From positions 1 through 64,000 of the forward strand of contig JAHLTZ010000039.1 of assembly GCA_025786725.1 (NCBI GenBank): a DNA stretch of 64,000 bases, in the 5' to 3' direction. Positions 39,929 through 58,472 of the stretch are shown piece by piece. The notes beneath the pieces were generated by a model. The model made no database searches. It saw only the letters and a list, made by a program, of their open reading frames with translations, and was not told the DNA's origin. Each line of letters starts with the position of its first letter. The first letter of the stretch is position 1. The DNA comes from Syncephalis fuscata S228. Lineage: Eukaryota; Fungi; Zoopagomycota. A program made the translations under genes and the position numbers.

Positions 39929-40940
39929 ATGCTGTTTAGATTCAAATCCACTACTGCCTCTATTGTCTCTGCACTGGTTTTATTAGAAATTGCTCATAAA
40001 ACCTTTGCAATGCCAGGGTCATTTTTAGAAAAAGGTATGATAACATTTTCTATTTATTTAATGACTTACACTAACTTGATAAACAAGGTGTTCCGTTTCT
40101 TGGTTATTGACTAGATAAAAAACCCATTTCTTAAAGCTGGTATTAAGGTTATGCATATAGTGTCTATATAAAATAGAATTCAATCTGCCAAGGCGGAATA
40201 CGACCAAATGCCTGTTATAATTAAGTGTGTAAAATATGATGCGCTGTTTCATAGCAGACTGTTTAGATTGTACAAGGTAAGCTTAGTTTAATAAATCCTT
40301 CGAATAAATGATTGAAATTGTCCAAACAGTATACTTTGAAAAACAAGTTTTGTGCAAGTCAGCAAGCTCAAAATTTTCAGCAACTCATTATGGACCAATT
40401 AGTTATATCAACGCAAAGGAAAAATAATTCTATTGCTATACCACTATAAATCAATGTGATAAACAAATTGACGATTTTATACGCGATATTGGTCAGGATC
40501 CACCGGCATAAAAGCTAGTATAGAAAAACAACTAAATCAAGGTAGGCTGTTTTGCTATTCTTTGTAACATTAGTTTAGCATCAACTAGGACTTGCCTATT
40601 TGCATGAATTGGGCTTGGTATACAGACGGGTTAGCCAGTAAGTATGGTTTATTCTAAAATTGTCACAATACTAATTAGTATCAGATGTTTGTATCAATAA
40701 CGGCAAGGACGTGCTACTTATCAACTTTAGAATCTATATACTACAAAAAGTAACAATGTTTTATTTAATTTTGGTTCTGTTACAAACAATTACAGCCCAT
40801 ATTTAAGAAACTACACCCGGAAAGTAGAAAGTCGTTATCCTGATATAGCTAATAGACGGAACGAGCAGCAAGATTTAGCTACTGATGAATTAGAGCCACC
40901 TTCTTATTCATCGAACACCACTCCATCTTACTGGAGTTGA
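39929..40940 (+). CDS. Signal-peptide-bearing kinase-like gene 2, degenerate (pseudokinase or pseudogene)
   Basis: MLFRFKSTTASIVSALVLLEIAHKTFAMP, VIIKC and GLAYLHELGLVYRR. Intron positions parallel gene 1. Several frame breaks. Confidence 0.55.
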
Positions 40941-41949
40941 CATAATTGAATTAATGGCCAAAATATTAATAAACTTATACAAACTATAAATTTAAGCGAT
41001 GTATGCTTTATACTACTATTGATAAATAGTATTAATTTAACATAAGTGAAATATCAAACGTTCAATTAACAAGCATTAATAATAGCGTAAATATTATTTA
41101 AATAACTTTCAATAGTAAATAATATAAAACCAGCTGCTTAATTAATTTCTTGAGCAGCATTGAACATACAGCTCAATGGACATCAAAGGATTTTTTTCTA
41201 TGTAAGTTACGATTAAATACATAATTTCTTTAATTTTATAAGTTTATATATTGTCATGTTATGTATTTTTAAATATCTAAACTATTTACTCTGCTATACT
41301 TACCAAGTCATCATTTTATGCGTAATATAATTGGCCTATTAATTTTATTATTAACTTTATTAATATTGTAGCAAGTCAAAGCATAATAATAAAAGTACAT
41401 TGAATTTAAAGCATAATAAACTGAATTATTTATATGGTTAATATAAAGCTCACATATCTTTTGATATCAAGCTTTTCTATATCGGTCAGCTATATTTTAT
41501 AGCGTAATGACTATAAGTCCAGGCGGGAAAGTTGCAGTTATTTTTATTTATTCAATAATCCGTACTGTTCGGTAAACGTATCTTTATAATAGTCTATTTA
41601 ATAGCAATGCTAGACTATTTGATAAAACTACCAATCCTGCACAGCATAGGCTAACCAAGCATATTCTGTAACAAACACCGACATTTTATCTTTTTTTTGT
41701 CAGTTCACGTTTTATAATTTACAAATGGTATCTACATGTTTTAAATCGATAAAATATTCCATTTCTATAACTTGAATGATTAATTTTAGTAACACATGTA
41801 GATTCTGAGCTTTTGATTCTCAGCTACATATATACATATATATATGTATATGTATAAATAACTAGAATATTGCACTTTAGTTTTTCCATTTTTTACAACA
41901 CAAGATTATAATTTTTCAAAATCTTAGCTTATAAAATAGCAGCTTCAAT

Positions 41950-43253
41950 ATGACTAGTTTTGCTTTTCTCGGCGTTATATTCACCTATGCTTTAATAGCA
42001 CTTTGCAGTGTAGCACTGGTACCTGCTACTAACTCAAAGATTGGTGGTAAGTGCACGTATCTGTGTTAAATATATATTTTTGTTGAAATAATTTCTATTA
42101 CAGCTAGACTCGGTCCTAAAAATCCTGGCTATATTTATTTTAAAAACATCAATGAACTTAAAAAACACGGCTTTGCTCCAATTAAATGGATTGGTGGGAC
42201 GAGGGGAATAAGTCTTGGCATGCCGTACAGCATAATCAACATAGATTTTTAAAGTGCATGGTTAATGGAATGGACGCGAAGAAAGTGTAGCATTTAACGT
42301 AAGGACTTGGCGCGTTTATTAATAATTAACTGAGCACAAAAATAGGTACTAAAAGCAGTAAAGAAGCAAATCAAAGGTGATATGGCAAAAGGCAGGACGT
42401 ATATTCAACAACCGGTGGATAGATTTGAAATACCGGATGTGTATAATAGTCGTGTACGTGATACTTGTTTTGTCTACTCATTTGCTGAAGGTGTTGAGCT
42501 GAACAAGCTTAGTGATGCAAAATCATGGACGGAAAAAGCAACATTTCTTCCACAAGTGTTTTACCAAGTGGCCCAAGGTATGCATCGATGCTATATATGG
42601 TATATAGCATTACTAACCATAACTAGGTGCCATGTATTTCCGCTATGCCAATCTAGTTCATAGGGATTTAAGTAACGAAAGTATGTTGGCATTATGTATC
42701 TGTATTTTGTCTAACTATTTTTAATAGACATTATGGTTAAGGAAATACCCGGCTCAGACATCGTAAAAGTAACAATTATCGATTATGATCTTTCTAGAGA
42801 ATTGGTTAGAGATGGTTTTCTAAAAACTAACCAACTGGTACCGGTGGAAAAACTGGATAAAGATTTTGCTTATGGTAAATGCCAGCTTGACAATTTAAAA
42901 CTGGCCATGAAAATATTTAGATCAGTTACGGGAGCTTTTCCGGAAGATTTCGCAACTGGTACTGTGTATCCATTCAAACCGTTGTTAAGAATTTTCGAAC
43001 TAACAGCACAAATATCGCCGCAATCAACACCAAACCAGTTAAAAGAGCTGGATCAATTAAAAAAAGATTTTATTAATAGACACATAGGCTACAAACTAAA
43101 GTGCTTTGGCTTCCAACTAGCTCCGACGCCGTGGCAGCCAAGAAACTACTCAATCTTCTTAATTTTATGGCGATGGTAAAAGAACACAATGAAGATTGTT
43201 TACTTCCAGTTCAAATGCTAGCCCCTGCTTCTACCATTGAACAAATAGATTAG
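41950..43253 (+). CDS. Signal-peptide-bearing atypical protein kinase-like gene 3 (frameshifts present)
   Basis: MTSFAFLGVIFTYALIALCSVALVPA, FLKC, CFVYSFAEG, LVHRDLSNENIMVK and VTIIDYDLS. Confidence 0.78.
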
Positions 43254-43432
43254 ATAGAAAAACAACCATGGAGCACACTTTAACGCTTTACAATTAATAT
43301 TCAATAAAAAGTAGATTAGTTGTGCTTATAATTTTTATCTTGTACATATCACCAATAATAACTGAACATTATGGAATTCTTGAATGTATCAAATCATTAT
43401 CTTTATTTATAGTTCATTTGCCATCAAATGAA

Positions 43433-44400
43433 CTATTGAAACTGGAACTGGGAATTGGAAAACTATAACAACAAAATAGCAACAAATGCACGATTAGATT
43501 AACCTGCTATCCATCTATATCAATTTTTTAATTACTTACATCAAGTTCCGGATGCTATTTAGTAATAAAGGACTATTAGAGCAATCGTTAAATCACACAG
43601 CTACTTACCGCTTTCTGGATCTTCTTCAGCTGTTCCTGCTTCTCCAGCTCTTCACTAGAAGGCAATCCCATTTGCTTTTGACGTTGATCAAACTAGAATT
43701 CAAATACAACAATGTATTAAATACATTAATTCTACTTTATTATAATTGCTAGTAGTGGTGGTCAACTAGCACACTTATTTCACTTACCATCATTTTCTCG
43801 ATAGCAGCACGGGTTTCACCGTCCAAATCGCTTAATTTCGAATTCTCGGGCTGAATCTTTTGCGTATTGATTTCCGGATGACCAACAATAACATTCTTCC
43901 ACCATTCAGCCTTGTTGACCTTTTCCAACTGGACAACTATTTCCTTTTGGTCATCTAACCATATTTATATTTTATTATTACATAAACCGAATTGATTAGA
44001 TAATTATAACATCTTTGGTTCTTTACCATCGCTACTTACCAACCGTCCAAGTAGAATCGTCTACCTTGATATCTTTAGATAGCTCTCCCTATTAACATTT
44101 ATTTATTCATTTATTTATTGGTCAACTCTATGCTAATAGGCCATGATTGCGCTTACATCAACGATGGGTGTTTCGCCTTTGAGACCCACAGTAAGCCGAC
44201 GCTTTTGAATTTTAATATCGAGCTGTTTAGCCCGTGTGCCTGCAGGAACTGGTACAATGACCGTTACTTCCGGCAAGGATTGTCTCCAAGTATATGGAAT
44301 ATCTACAAGTTGGCCATAGGTAAGATGAGTGCTTGGTACACATCGTCTACCACTTACTTTCGTGAGTAATCAGCGTATTTTCATAAATGGTCTCCTCCAT
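43433..44400 (-). CDS. nudC: Nuclear movement protein NudC (CS/p23 domain co-chaperone), multi-exon
   Basis: [80 protein letters not shown] and HPELDFS. Confidence 0.93.
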
Positions 44401-44832
44401 AATAGCAACTATAGTAAGCAACTGGCAATAGAGCAGCGATCAAACTGAATGTTAAAGTATCGACACACGCGTGTGTTATGTAAACAGCAACAGCAAGAAT
44501 AAGAACAGGTCAAGATAAAGAATCGACAAAGCAAGGCGAAACCTTTGTTGTCGTCACTATTTAAATATTTCCATCTGATTCTAATAGAGTCTATAACTAT
44601 TACCAAATCCGACTCAACATAGACTGTATACCCAATACTATGTGTTTAGTTCTATTGCTCTATACATATACATATACATATATATATTGTATATTGTATA
44701 TTGTATATTGGATAAAATTAATACAGATTCACAAATATACTTTATTGGTTGATTGTAATCATTGTATAGCTGTAAATTCGTAATATTCATTTGATTTACA
44801 ACATATTGTTTCTATTAACTTCATATTCCTGT

Positions 44833-46757
44833 TTAACCACGACGATCTAGATTCGGCGTCTTGGTTGATGTATCACTAGGCCGTAATCCAGTAGACCATC
44901 CATAAGGCGTATGAGCCCGTGTACTACGACCACCTGTATTGCCACCTAATAAATGTATTAGTATACCTATAATGACAAAATAAACAACAGACTATTCTAC
45001 TAAACTACTTACCAAATCGTGGTGTGACGTGCATTGTATCTCTATCTGTTCTAGATGAAGCATAACTGGCTCGTAGTTGTGCATCTCCACCAAAAGCTGG
45101 TGATTTTGTTTGAGATAGAATATTACTTCTATCAATGATATCAGCGTTAATAAACCATAGTGAATGTTAATAACATATATATATATATATATATCTACCT
45201 TAAATGGGCCGCAGCAGGACTCATTGATGATAATTGATGTCTAAAACTACGACTACTGCCCACACCACCACCACCACCACTATTGGCCATCGATCGCTTT
45301 CCTGTTCTTTCCGATAATCGTCGACCAATGACATCCCGTTTAGGTGTGGGTGGTATATGATATGCTAATGACACCATATTAATATTATACAATAGTGTAT
45401 TTATTGACCAATACTTACTACGCGGTGTTTGATATCCTTGTTCATTTCCGGCTGGTTGAAGTAATGCCGGTGTACCTTCAATCGATCCCCATGTCATCAT
45501 AGGTGCATTATCCACTTCATTTGGATCAATGGTAGGTGTGGCATCTACTAATCGATAGTTGCCTGCTAATGGCGTATCTGCCTGTGATCTTACTAATATA
45601 CCAGTAGTTTAATAAACACCTACTACTTACTATATATTAATAATACGTACTCTCTAAAGGATCCGCCTCTTGTCCTGTAGATAGTCCCAAGGCTTTTTCA
45701 ATCTAATAGACGTATTTATATTCATTTTATAAATACTAATTGAATGTGTATTCATTCTACACTCACTTGATCGGGTAGACGCGTGTTGTGGGCACATACT
45801 TGTTTAGGTGCACCACGATCATTCTGTAATAAACTAGATCCTTGCGTAGTGCTGTTAAACAATATAACTTATTTCATTATTACATTATGATGTGTATTGA
45901 ATATTAAGGATATCCTTTGGGTTGAAACATCAATGAATTCTTTACCTATATTAATACAACTATATTAATCATAACACTAACATCTATTAAACACCAATAC
46001 TTACTTCATATCGAATGGTCTGTTGTGGTTGTCCATATTCAGTGACATTTGTCCTTCTAATTAGTGCCTTTTCGTTGTTTTCATTGCCTAATGTCAATAG
46101 TTTCTGATCTTTATTATCGCCTTGTTCTATCAGTAATTGAGGTTTAGATCCAGGTGCTTTATACATCCATGCGTATTTCTGTTCATGTTCTAATTGGGCC
46201 CTTTCCATTAAACCTGAAAATGTATGAGAGTCAAGTATTAACTACATTATGTATAACATAGTTATCATTATTATTATAGTTATAACAAGGATATGAATCA
46301 TTATCTTCTGTTGTATATTTTGATTGAAAAGCATCTAATGGCATTGAAATATTGACTGTATCATCTTTTGGTACTGGATTGACTGTTGACGGCGTGACTA
46401 TAGGAACAATAGTATTTGTATGTGGACTATTAAGTAACTCAGTGGGTAGTTTTGTCCCCTCTATTAACCATTTATTAGTCTGTTATAACAATATTTAATA
46501 GTATACTTACTTAATGTGGCCAATTCAACATTTAAACGTCGTTCATATTGCTTCATAGCCGATAGTGTAGGAAAATAGTCTCTTTCTACAATCTTACTTA
46601 CAGCCTCTGTATATACATCTTCTTCTAATATTTGAGGCGCCCTATTACTATGACCACTTGTTGGATCGCTATGCTGATTTGAAGTAGAAGCAGTAATAGC
46701 CACCGCATTCATTGCAGTTGTAGCAGTTATTGCTGTATGGGATGGTGTTGAATTCAT
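44833..46757 (-). CDS. ESS2: Splicing factor ESS-2 / DGCR14 (Es2) homolog, multi-exon
   Basis: ILEEDVYTEAVSKIVERDYFPTL, LDAFQSKYTTEDN, AHNTRLP and PMMTWGSIEGTP. Confidence 0.88.
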
Positions 46758-46871
46758 AGTGACTATAGAAAGAAATACAAGGTGATACGGACGGCAATAA
46801 AATATTCATTATTGCTTTTCTTTCTTTGGTGTCTACGTCAGACACACACGTCTAGTAATAGTTGTGCTTCA

Positions 46872-51591
<4,720 letters not shown>

Positions 51592-51733
51592 TCATCATCA
51601 GTATAATAACCATGAAAATAAATCATAATTTGTTGTAAATTGAATGAATGAATGAATGAATGATTTACGCGTTATTAACATGTATTCAATTCAACTATAA
51701 TATTATTTATATAGATATATTTTAATTAAAGAC

Positions 51734-52162
51734 TTATTTATCTGAAGATTTAGTTGTGGTAGTTGTGTTAGTAGTAGTAACTGGCTCTTCTTCCATTTCA
51801 AAGAAGCTTAAATCGTTCAAGTCTTCTAATTCACCAAAACGTTTTGTGAATTTAGTTAAGGTGCCACTTTCATCGTCAAGTTGCATCTGTGTTGTTGGAT
51901 TCCACAGTGGATGATTACGCGTATCTTTAGTAAGTCGAAGTAGTGAACGTGGCGACGTTGTACGGCGAGTAAAACTGGCCCCATTCGATAGAATCACCGT
52001 TTGCGTAAATAGTTCTGGATCATGACCCATACTATCATCGTTATCTTTCTGACCGTGTTGACTAGCGGTTACGGTATGTGTCGTGGAGAATGATCGACAT
52101 AACCAACCACCACCCATAGGGGCCACTAACGGAAATGATCCCACAAATCGACGGGCCAACAT
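51734..52162 (-). CDS. Mitochondrial ribosomal protein bL31m (yeast Mrpl36-like)
   Basis: Mitochondrial-type presequence followed by QTVILSNGASFTRRTTSPR and LTKDTRNHPLWNP...KFTKRF. Confidence 0.85.
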   Translation of the reverse strand: MLARRFVGSFPLVAPMGGGWLCRSFSTTHTVTASQHGQKDNDDSMGHDPELFTQTVILSNGASFTRRTTSPRSLLRLTKDTRNHPLWNPTTQMQLDDESGTLTKFTKRFGELEDLNDLSFFEMEEEPVTTTNTTTTTKSSDK

Positions 52163-52555
52163 ATGCTATGAATAAACGTACACACTCACAAGTATATAGA
52201 TATATATATAAATATACGTGGAAAAGTAGTAGTAGTAGTAGTAGTAGTAGTTAGTGTAAAAGAAGAAGAAAATATTAAAATATTTATTAATAAATATATT
52301 AATAACCATAATGATTATTTATTAATATCTAATTAACTTTTGATTCTTTCCTTTTCTTCTCTTAACATTGTTGTTTGCTATTACTTTACTATTTCTACTA
52401 CTACACTATTACTACTATCACTACTGTTATTATACGTAGGTGGAGGTAGGGGTGGATACTATTCATATATATATATATATATATATTAACTTACTTTTAT
52501 TTACTCTATTAGTTAGTTAGTTAGTTAGTTGGTCGTTCATCAATTACTTTTAAAT

Positions 52556-53549
52556 ATGTTGTCGCGTTCATTGATTACTCGTTCAGTACGCGCCGTTACG
52601 GCCATCAAGCCTCGTTGCATTGTTAACTCAGGACAGTGTAAGTAGTGCTGTACTACAATCTACTAGAATACTTTGCTTTATTAACACGGATAGTGTAGTT
52701 GTTGCAAGATCGATTAGTACTACTAGATCCCTTGCTCAATCAACACCAACCGCTTCAGACAATGATCGAGGTATTTAATACATATACATATACATATATA
52801 TATATATTAATATTTGTATTATAGCACCGGATGCTCCTTGTTCTGTGCCACAGCCATATCATGAGGCAGGCATTACTGAACAAATGGAAGCATATGGTGC
52901 TTATTTAATGAGTGTTCTTCCAAAGTTTATTCAAGAATATCAAGTCTATAAGGATGAACTAACCTTATGTGTGGCCCCATCCGCACTACGTCCAGTACTT
53001 CACTTTCTACGAGACCATACACCGGCTCAGTTTAAACAGCTACAGGATATTTGTGGTGTTGACTATCCATCGCGTGAATATCGATTTGAATCGGTCTACA
53101 ATATGCTTAGTGTACAGCACAATGCCCGTATTCGTGTCAAGACGTATACCGATGAAGTAACGCCCATTCCATCGGCTGTGCCATTGTTTAATGGTGCCAA
53201 TTGGTTTGAACGTGAGACGTGGGACATGTACGGCATCTACTATGAAGGCCATCCAGATCTACGTCGTATCTTGACTGATTATGGCTTTGAAGGCTATCCT
53301 CTACGTAAGGATTTCCCATTAAGTGGCTACACAGAATTACGCTATGACGAGGAAAAGAAGCGCGTTGTATCGGAACCTGTTGAATTGACCCAAGCATTCC
53401 GTAACTTCAACGATCCTTCACCTTGGGAACAAGTGGGTAAGTAATAGACACATTGATATAACATGTGTATTATAATGATGATATGATTGATTTAAATCTT
53501 TATATGAATAGGTGCCGGTAAGGATCCCCTCCCATCGGATAAAGAGTAA
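52556..53549 (+). CDS. NDUFS3: NADH:ubiquinone oxidoreductase 30-kDa subunit (Nad9/NuoC homolog)
   Basis: [24 protein letters not shown] and [26 protein letters not shown]; the presequence is in two short 5' exons. Confidence 0.96.
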
Positions 53550-53925
53550 TAAAGCATCAACTGTTATTGAAGTTGATATAGGTCATAACAATAAATGAAT
53601 AGAAATATAAAATGTACTGGTCAATGGTAAATGGTAGAGTGGAATGATGGTGTAAAGTCAAGTCAAGAAAATAGTAATATAGTAAGAAGTTAAAGCGAGT
53701 GGATGAATCGATGAGTGGACAAGGTATATTAGATACTATTGTACATCATAAAGATATGCTTGAGTGGATTCTGTTGAATCGTGTGTGTGTGTGTTGCCTT
53801 TTGTTTAAATAGCAATGACAATCTAGAATTAGTTATTAATAATGTTACTACTATTATAAATGTAAAGTGTCATCTTATAATGATGATGACAATAATAATA
53901 ATGCGAGTAAAAGGTATTAGTAATA

Positions 53926-55831
53926 TTAATAGTTAGAATAGAGTGTAAGAGTGTAAACTCTAACACTTTTAATACTATTTTTGACATTAATACCGTTGGA
54001 TGGTGTGGTGGCGGTGGTGGTGGTGGTTGTACCGGGGCCATTACTGTTAGGTGATGGATCACAGTGGCGTGTTTTTACCAAGTCTTTAAGACCGATGGAG
54101 GGACGACGAAGGTCCAATTGTGAACGAGGTGTACGTACAAATGCCATACGGCGTTGACCACCACTCTCTGAACGGGCCATGGCACTGGTAAGTTCATTAT
54201 GCAGTCCATGTTGTTCACTGCCATGAAGATGGTGTCCATGTCCGTTGTGGTGGTGGTAGTCGTGCATTGGTCCATCCATATAATGTGAATGGCTCTACAG
54301 ATCATTGTTATTATTTATTAGCCAGTGTTTGTAGTATGTAAATTAATAGCTTACCACTTGAGTAACACTGCTACTATGATCTGAATGCATATCTGCTTCC
54401 AAATGGGCTTCATTTAAAGAAATGATGGTATTTTGTGCATTGGTCAATAATGCGGTATATTCTTCAATAAGGCCGCTTACGCGCTCCTCTGAGAAGTGCT
54501 GGCGATCGGTTAAAATACTGACATTATCGCGTAATCGTTCCAATTCATTGACCAGCTATATGTATTATTTATATTAAAAGTTGTTTAATTACTAAAATAA
54601 ACTACTTACCCGTGATTGGCTATGGAGCATATCTTTAATGGTCTGTTTTGTTTTTGATAAATGATGTCGATGTGATGAGACGACCGATTCAAACTGGCCT
54701 TGTAAATCGTGTGTTATCTCGCCTGTAGTCGCCATATCACCTTCTAAACCGGCTATATAATGGTAGAATAGTGATACAGAATGAATGCATTAGCACAAAG
54801 GCGAATGCATGCAAGTATATAAATATATCACTTACTGATTCGTTTACTGGCCATATTGAGTCGTCGGTTTGTCTCCTGCAAATCCGAGGACAATTCGTCA
54901 ACACGTCCATTAATCTGCGTCACATCTTTACGAAATGCTTGAAAGTCTTCGCGAAATAGCTCTAGCTCGCGGCGGATTTCAGCATTGACACGCGTCACCA
55001 TTTCAAATCGTTCATTTTGCTCTTCGTTACGTTCGCGTTGTTCCTGGGTCCATCGATCCTGTGCGTGGTATTCATAGCAGTCGCCTCCTCCAGCTAGATT
55101 AGTACATTTAATTTATAATCTATTTAATATTAATTTGCTATTTATCAATCAACCTACCTTGCGTTGTGTTTCCGATTCAAAGTGAGAATAGGCACGAAGA
55201 CGGTTTTCAATATGTTGGTTCTTTTTAGCGACAGCAAGTCCTAATCGAGCCGCTAAATGCAGATCACGTTCTTTTTCAAGTACTAATTGGCGCAATGAGT
55301 TGACGTCTTTAATTTCCTCCAATTCGTGCAATTTACGCGACCATTCACTATCTACATATATATATATATGCTCATTATTAATAAATAATCTAATTTAGCT
55401 TAATTTATCTACTAATTACCTGAAAAGCTTGCAGCCAATTGATCCAATTCACACTGTAATAAATCGTCCTCAACGCCAAAAGGCGATGGAAGCGGCGAAG
55501 CCAATGGAAGATTGCTGTTGATAGTTATTGCGTTAAGATGAGCGGGTTTGCCGTTGGTAGAGTCGACGCCGTCACCAGTGCAGTCGAACTCTTCCTGGCT
55601 AGTGCGGATATTATAGGTATGGCTATGATCGATCGACGAATAGTATGATAGATTGGTGGATTCAGCCGAATCAAAGTCAGCTACAGGCAGAGCGTCAGCC
55701 CCAGGTGACGACAACGCTGGCGACGGCGACGACGGTGGCAATACAGGCGAGAGGGAGCGCTAAAGCGTTTATTAGCATGATTTTGGCTGCATATCCACTT
55801 TGCTACTTACCAAAGTATGGATCTCGTTCAT
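53926..55831 (-). CDS. Hypothetical coiled-coil protein with a HAP1/BICDR-like CC1-box segment, multi-exon
   Basis: MNEIHTL|intron|RSLSPVLPPSSP..., EKERDLHLAARLGLAVAKKNQ and long heptad-rich exons. The 3' end is uncertain. Confidence 0.7.
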
Positions 55832-57053
55832 TGGAAGAACTATTGTTATGATGACGACAATAATAAAAAAGAGAAGTTACTTAATTGCGATCAAGTGGGT
55901 AAACTGAACGTCAGCAAAGGAAGCGGAGTAGTATACGGCGAAGAGAGGAAAGTAGCAAGCTTGCCGTTAAGAAGAGGATGGCGCAAAAGGAGAGGGAATT
56001 GAGCCGCAATCTCTTAGATACACCCCACAACAATGCTTGTGTCGACGGATATATGCAACTGAGTGGCTATTGCCTCGCTACGACACACGTTCGTATGCCT
56101 GCACTCTGCTGGCCAATACTGAATAGATGTACTACCGCCGTCGTTGTTAAAAGAGATTGGAGAGGAAAAGATGACTTTGAAGGGGAAGATGTGCTTGGCA
56201 AAAAGTTTTTAAGGCAAACTTCGTTGAATGAACGACGCAGGGAGCGCACGTGCTCTTTCCGAATAAAAGGCAGATAATAAAAGATAGCCAACAAGCGGCA
56301 AGTATCAAAGGTGCGTGTGTGTGTGTTTGTGTGCGTAGAATTGGTAACTGGGCTGTTTGGTAAAGATAAGAGCGGGACAGTAATAATAGCCGGGTTATTG
56401 TGATCGTTGTGGTCTACGGAGAAGACCACGAACAAGTTAAATTGAGTAAATAAACGGGAGTAAACGTATTAACGCAGTCAATGGATAAAACAAATACGAA
56501 ACAATAAATATCTTAGTAGTAAAAGTAAATAAAGAATGAAAGCAGCAGTAGGATAGAAAGTAAGAATAACAACAAAAGGCGTAGAAGCAAATTACTAGAA
56601 GCAGTCAGAATAAAGGAAGAAAGAAAGTGTGTACATTGACATTAAATGCAATATGAATCCATCTATATGCACACTGATAAAGTATTTACTATGGAGTATT
56701 GTTATTGTTCTTGTTGCTAATAACTCAAATAGTGTGAACAATGAAGATCACGTGGATGGCGCATCACTTAAATTGTTACAGCAACAATGAAGCTATAGGC
56801 TAGTGCTGTTGATTTCTTTCTATAGCGATTTTCGTAGTAATCTTTTTGATTGAAGTGGAGTGGATTCGTACCTTCTATTATGCTAATCACTTTATGGTTT
56901 ATTTGTTCTATAACATTGATATTTAGTTTAAATAACATTCATCTTTATTGCACTCGTTACTGTACTACTAATATGTTCTGTGATATACCGTCACTTTGGA
57001 TTGATTGACTTTAGTATTTGTATTCTAATTATTACTTTGCCATTACTGGTTGA

Positions 57054-57704
57054 ACTGTACTTTGACTCCCACATCTGTCCCCAGAGCACAATTCGTTTCA
57101 ATCAGAGCATGCTGTTATGATGCACAACATAGTTATATTACTTTCTATTAAAATATTGTTAATAAATTGATTTGAATAAATAATGTAACATATTATTTGA
57201 TTTCTCTGAAACATTTAAGGCCAATTATTATTGTTGTTGGCCATATGTAGAAAGATTGATCGAATATTAATAGAAGCCATATAATTGCAATTCCATATCG
57301 TTCCTCATTACTTCTGTTGCCTGTTTGTCATATTGCACATCAAACTGTTGTATGATTTATTTCTTTTCTATTTTGTTTCTGTTTACTTGAACCACATTTG
57401 CATATTATAACAATTATATTTAATAATCGCAATTATTTTATTTTTTTATACTTGTAGACCATTTCAACAAAGATATTTAACAATTCAGTGTAAAAAGCCT
57501 TTTATTTTATTAAATGTTATTTCAACTTCAACTAATATCGTAATGTGCATATTTAATTGCATTATTGTATTGATAATTGCACATGAATTAATCAATGTTG
57601 GATGCAATATTATACATGTTATAGTGATAAGTGAATGTTTAATTGTATTTAAAAGTGTTGAAAAGTGAAATGGATAAATAAAAATGTGAGAGTCAAAGTA
57701 CAGT
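57054..57704. mobile_element. Candidate MITE-like element bounded by 21-bp inverted repeats
   Basis: ACTGTACTTTGACTCCCACAT (57054-57074) and ATGTGAGAGTCAAAGTACAGT (57684-57704) match at 20/21. The interior is AT-rich and non-coding. Confidence 0.5.
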
Positions 57705-57724
57705 AGCTCCGCTAATTTATAATA

Positions 57725-57860
57725 TTTATACATTTAAACTAGACATTCAATTTATTAAACATAATGATGGGTGGTGAGTGACATTAGGGTCCAAAATACT
57801 CATCATCATAGATTTATTATTCGATATGCATATATACTCTATACACCTATATCGTTAACA
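57725..57860 (-). repeat. Dispersed repeat family copy A (inverted relative to copies B and C)
   Basis: Reverse complement reads ATAATAAATCTATGATGATGAGTATTTTGG...GTCACTCACCACCCATCATTATGTTTAATA. Confidence 0.8.
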
Positions 57861-58094
57861 ACGTATGTCTTTACTATTATATAGCATTCTATTTTTATAG
57901 GTTTCAATTACATATAGCTTGTTATATGAATGAGGTGAACGAGTTGAAACTTATTGATAATAGTGCTAGAATAAAAATAAAATATATTAGTTAGAGCAAG
58001 GCTAGGAAAGTATAGATTAGTATATAAAATGATAAATGTATGGCGAGAAAGCAGAAAAAGTGATATTAAAGCTATAGTGTATATATCTTAATGA

Positions 58095-58290
58095 ATGGAG
58101 TAAGTGTATTAAGATATATAAAGGATAGAATATGTCAATATGTCATAAAATGATACATAATAGTATAGGTATACAAAGCTAATGATTTATATATACTGAA
58201 CATATGCATGCTAGATAATAAATCTATGCTGATTGATGCCATTCACCACCCACTGTCATGTTCAATAGATTGGATGTTATTAAATATTAG
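58095..58290 (+). repeat. Dispersed repeat family copy B
   Basis: TATACTGAACATATGCATGCTAGATAATAAATCTATG...CATTCACCACCCACTGTCATGTTCAATAGATTGG...TTATTAAATATTAG. Confidence 0.8.
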
Positions 58291-58472
58291 TCCTATTTAT
58301 TTATTTATAAGTTATATTTAAAGTTGTTTTATTATGGCTAATAAAGGGAAAAGGCCAAACAATTATATGTTTGTATATTAATATTTAAGCATTTGGTTGG
58401 GTTGGTTGGGTTTTCCTAAAGGTTTATTTCGGAAGAGAGTTGTACAAGTATAGAAAACATTTGAGCTTGAGT

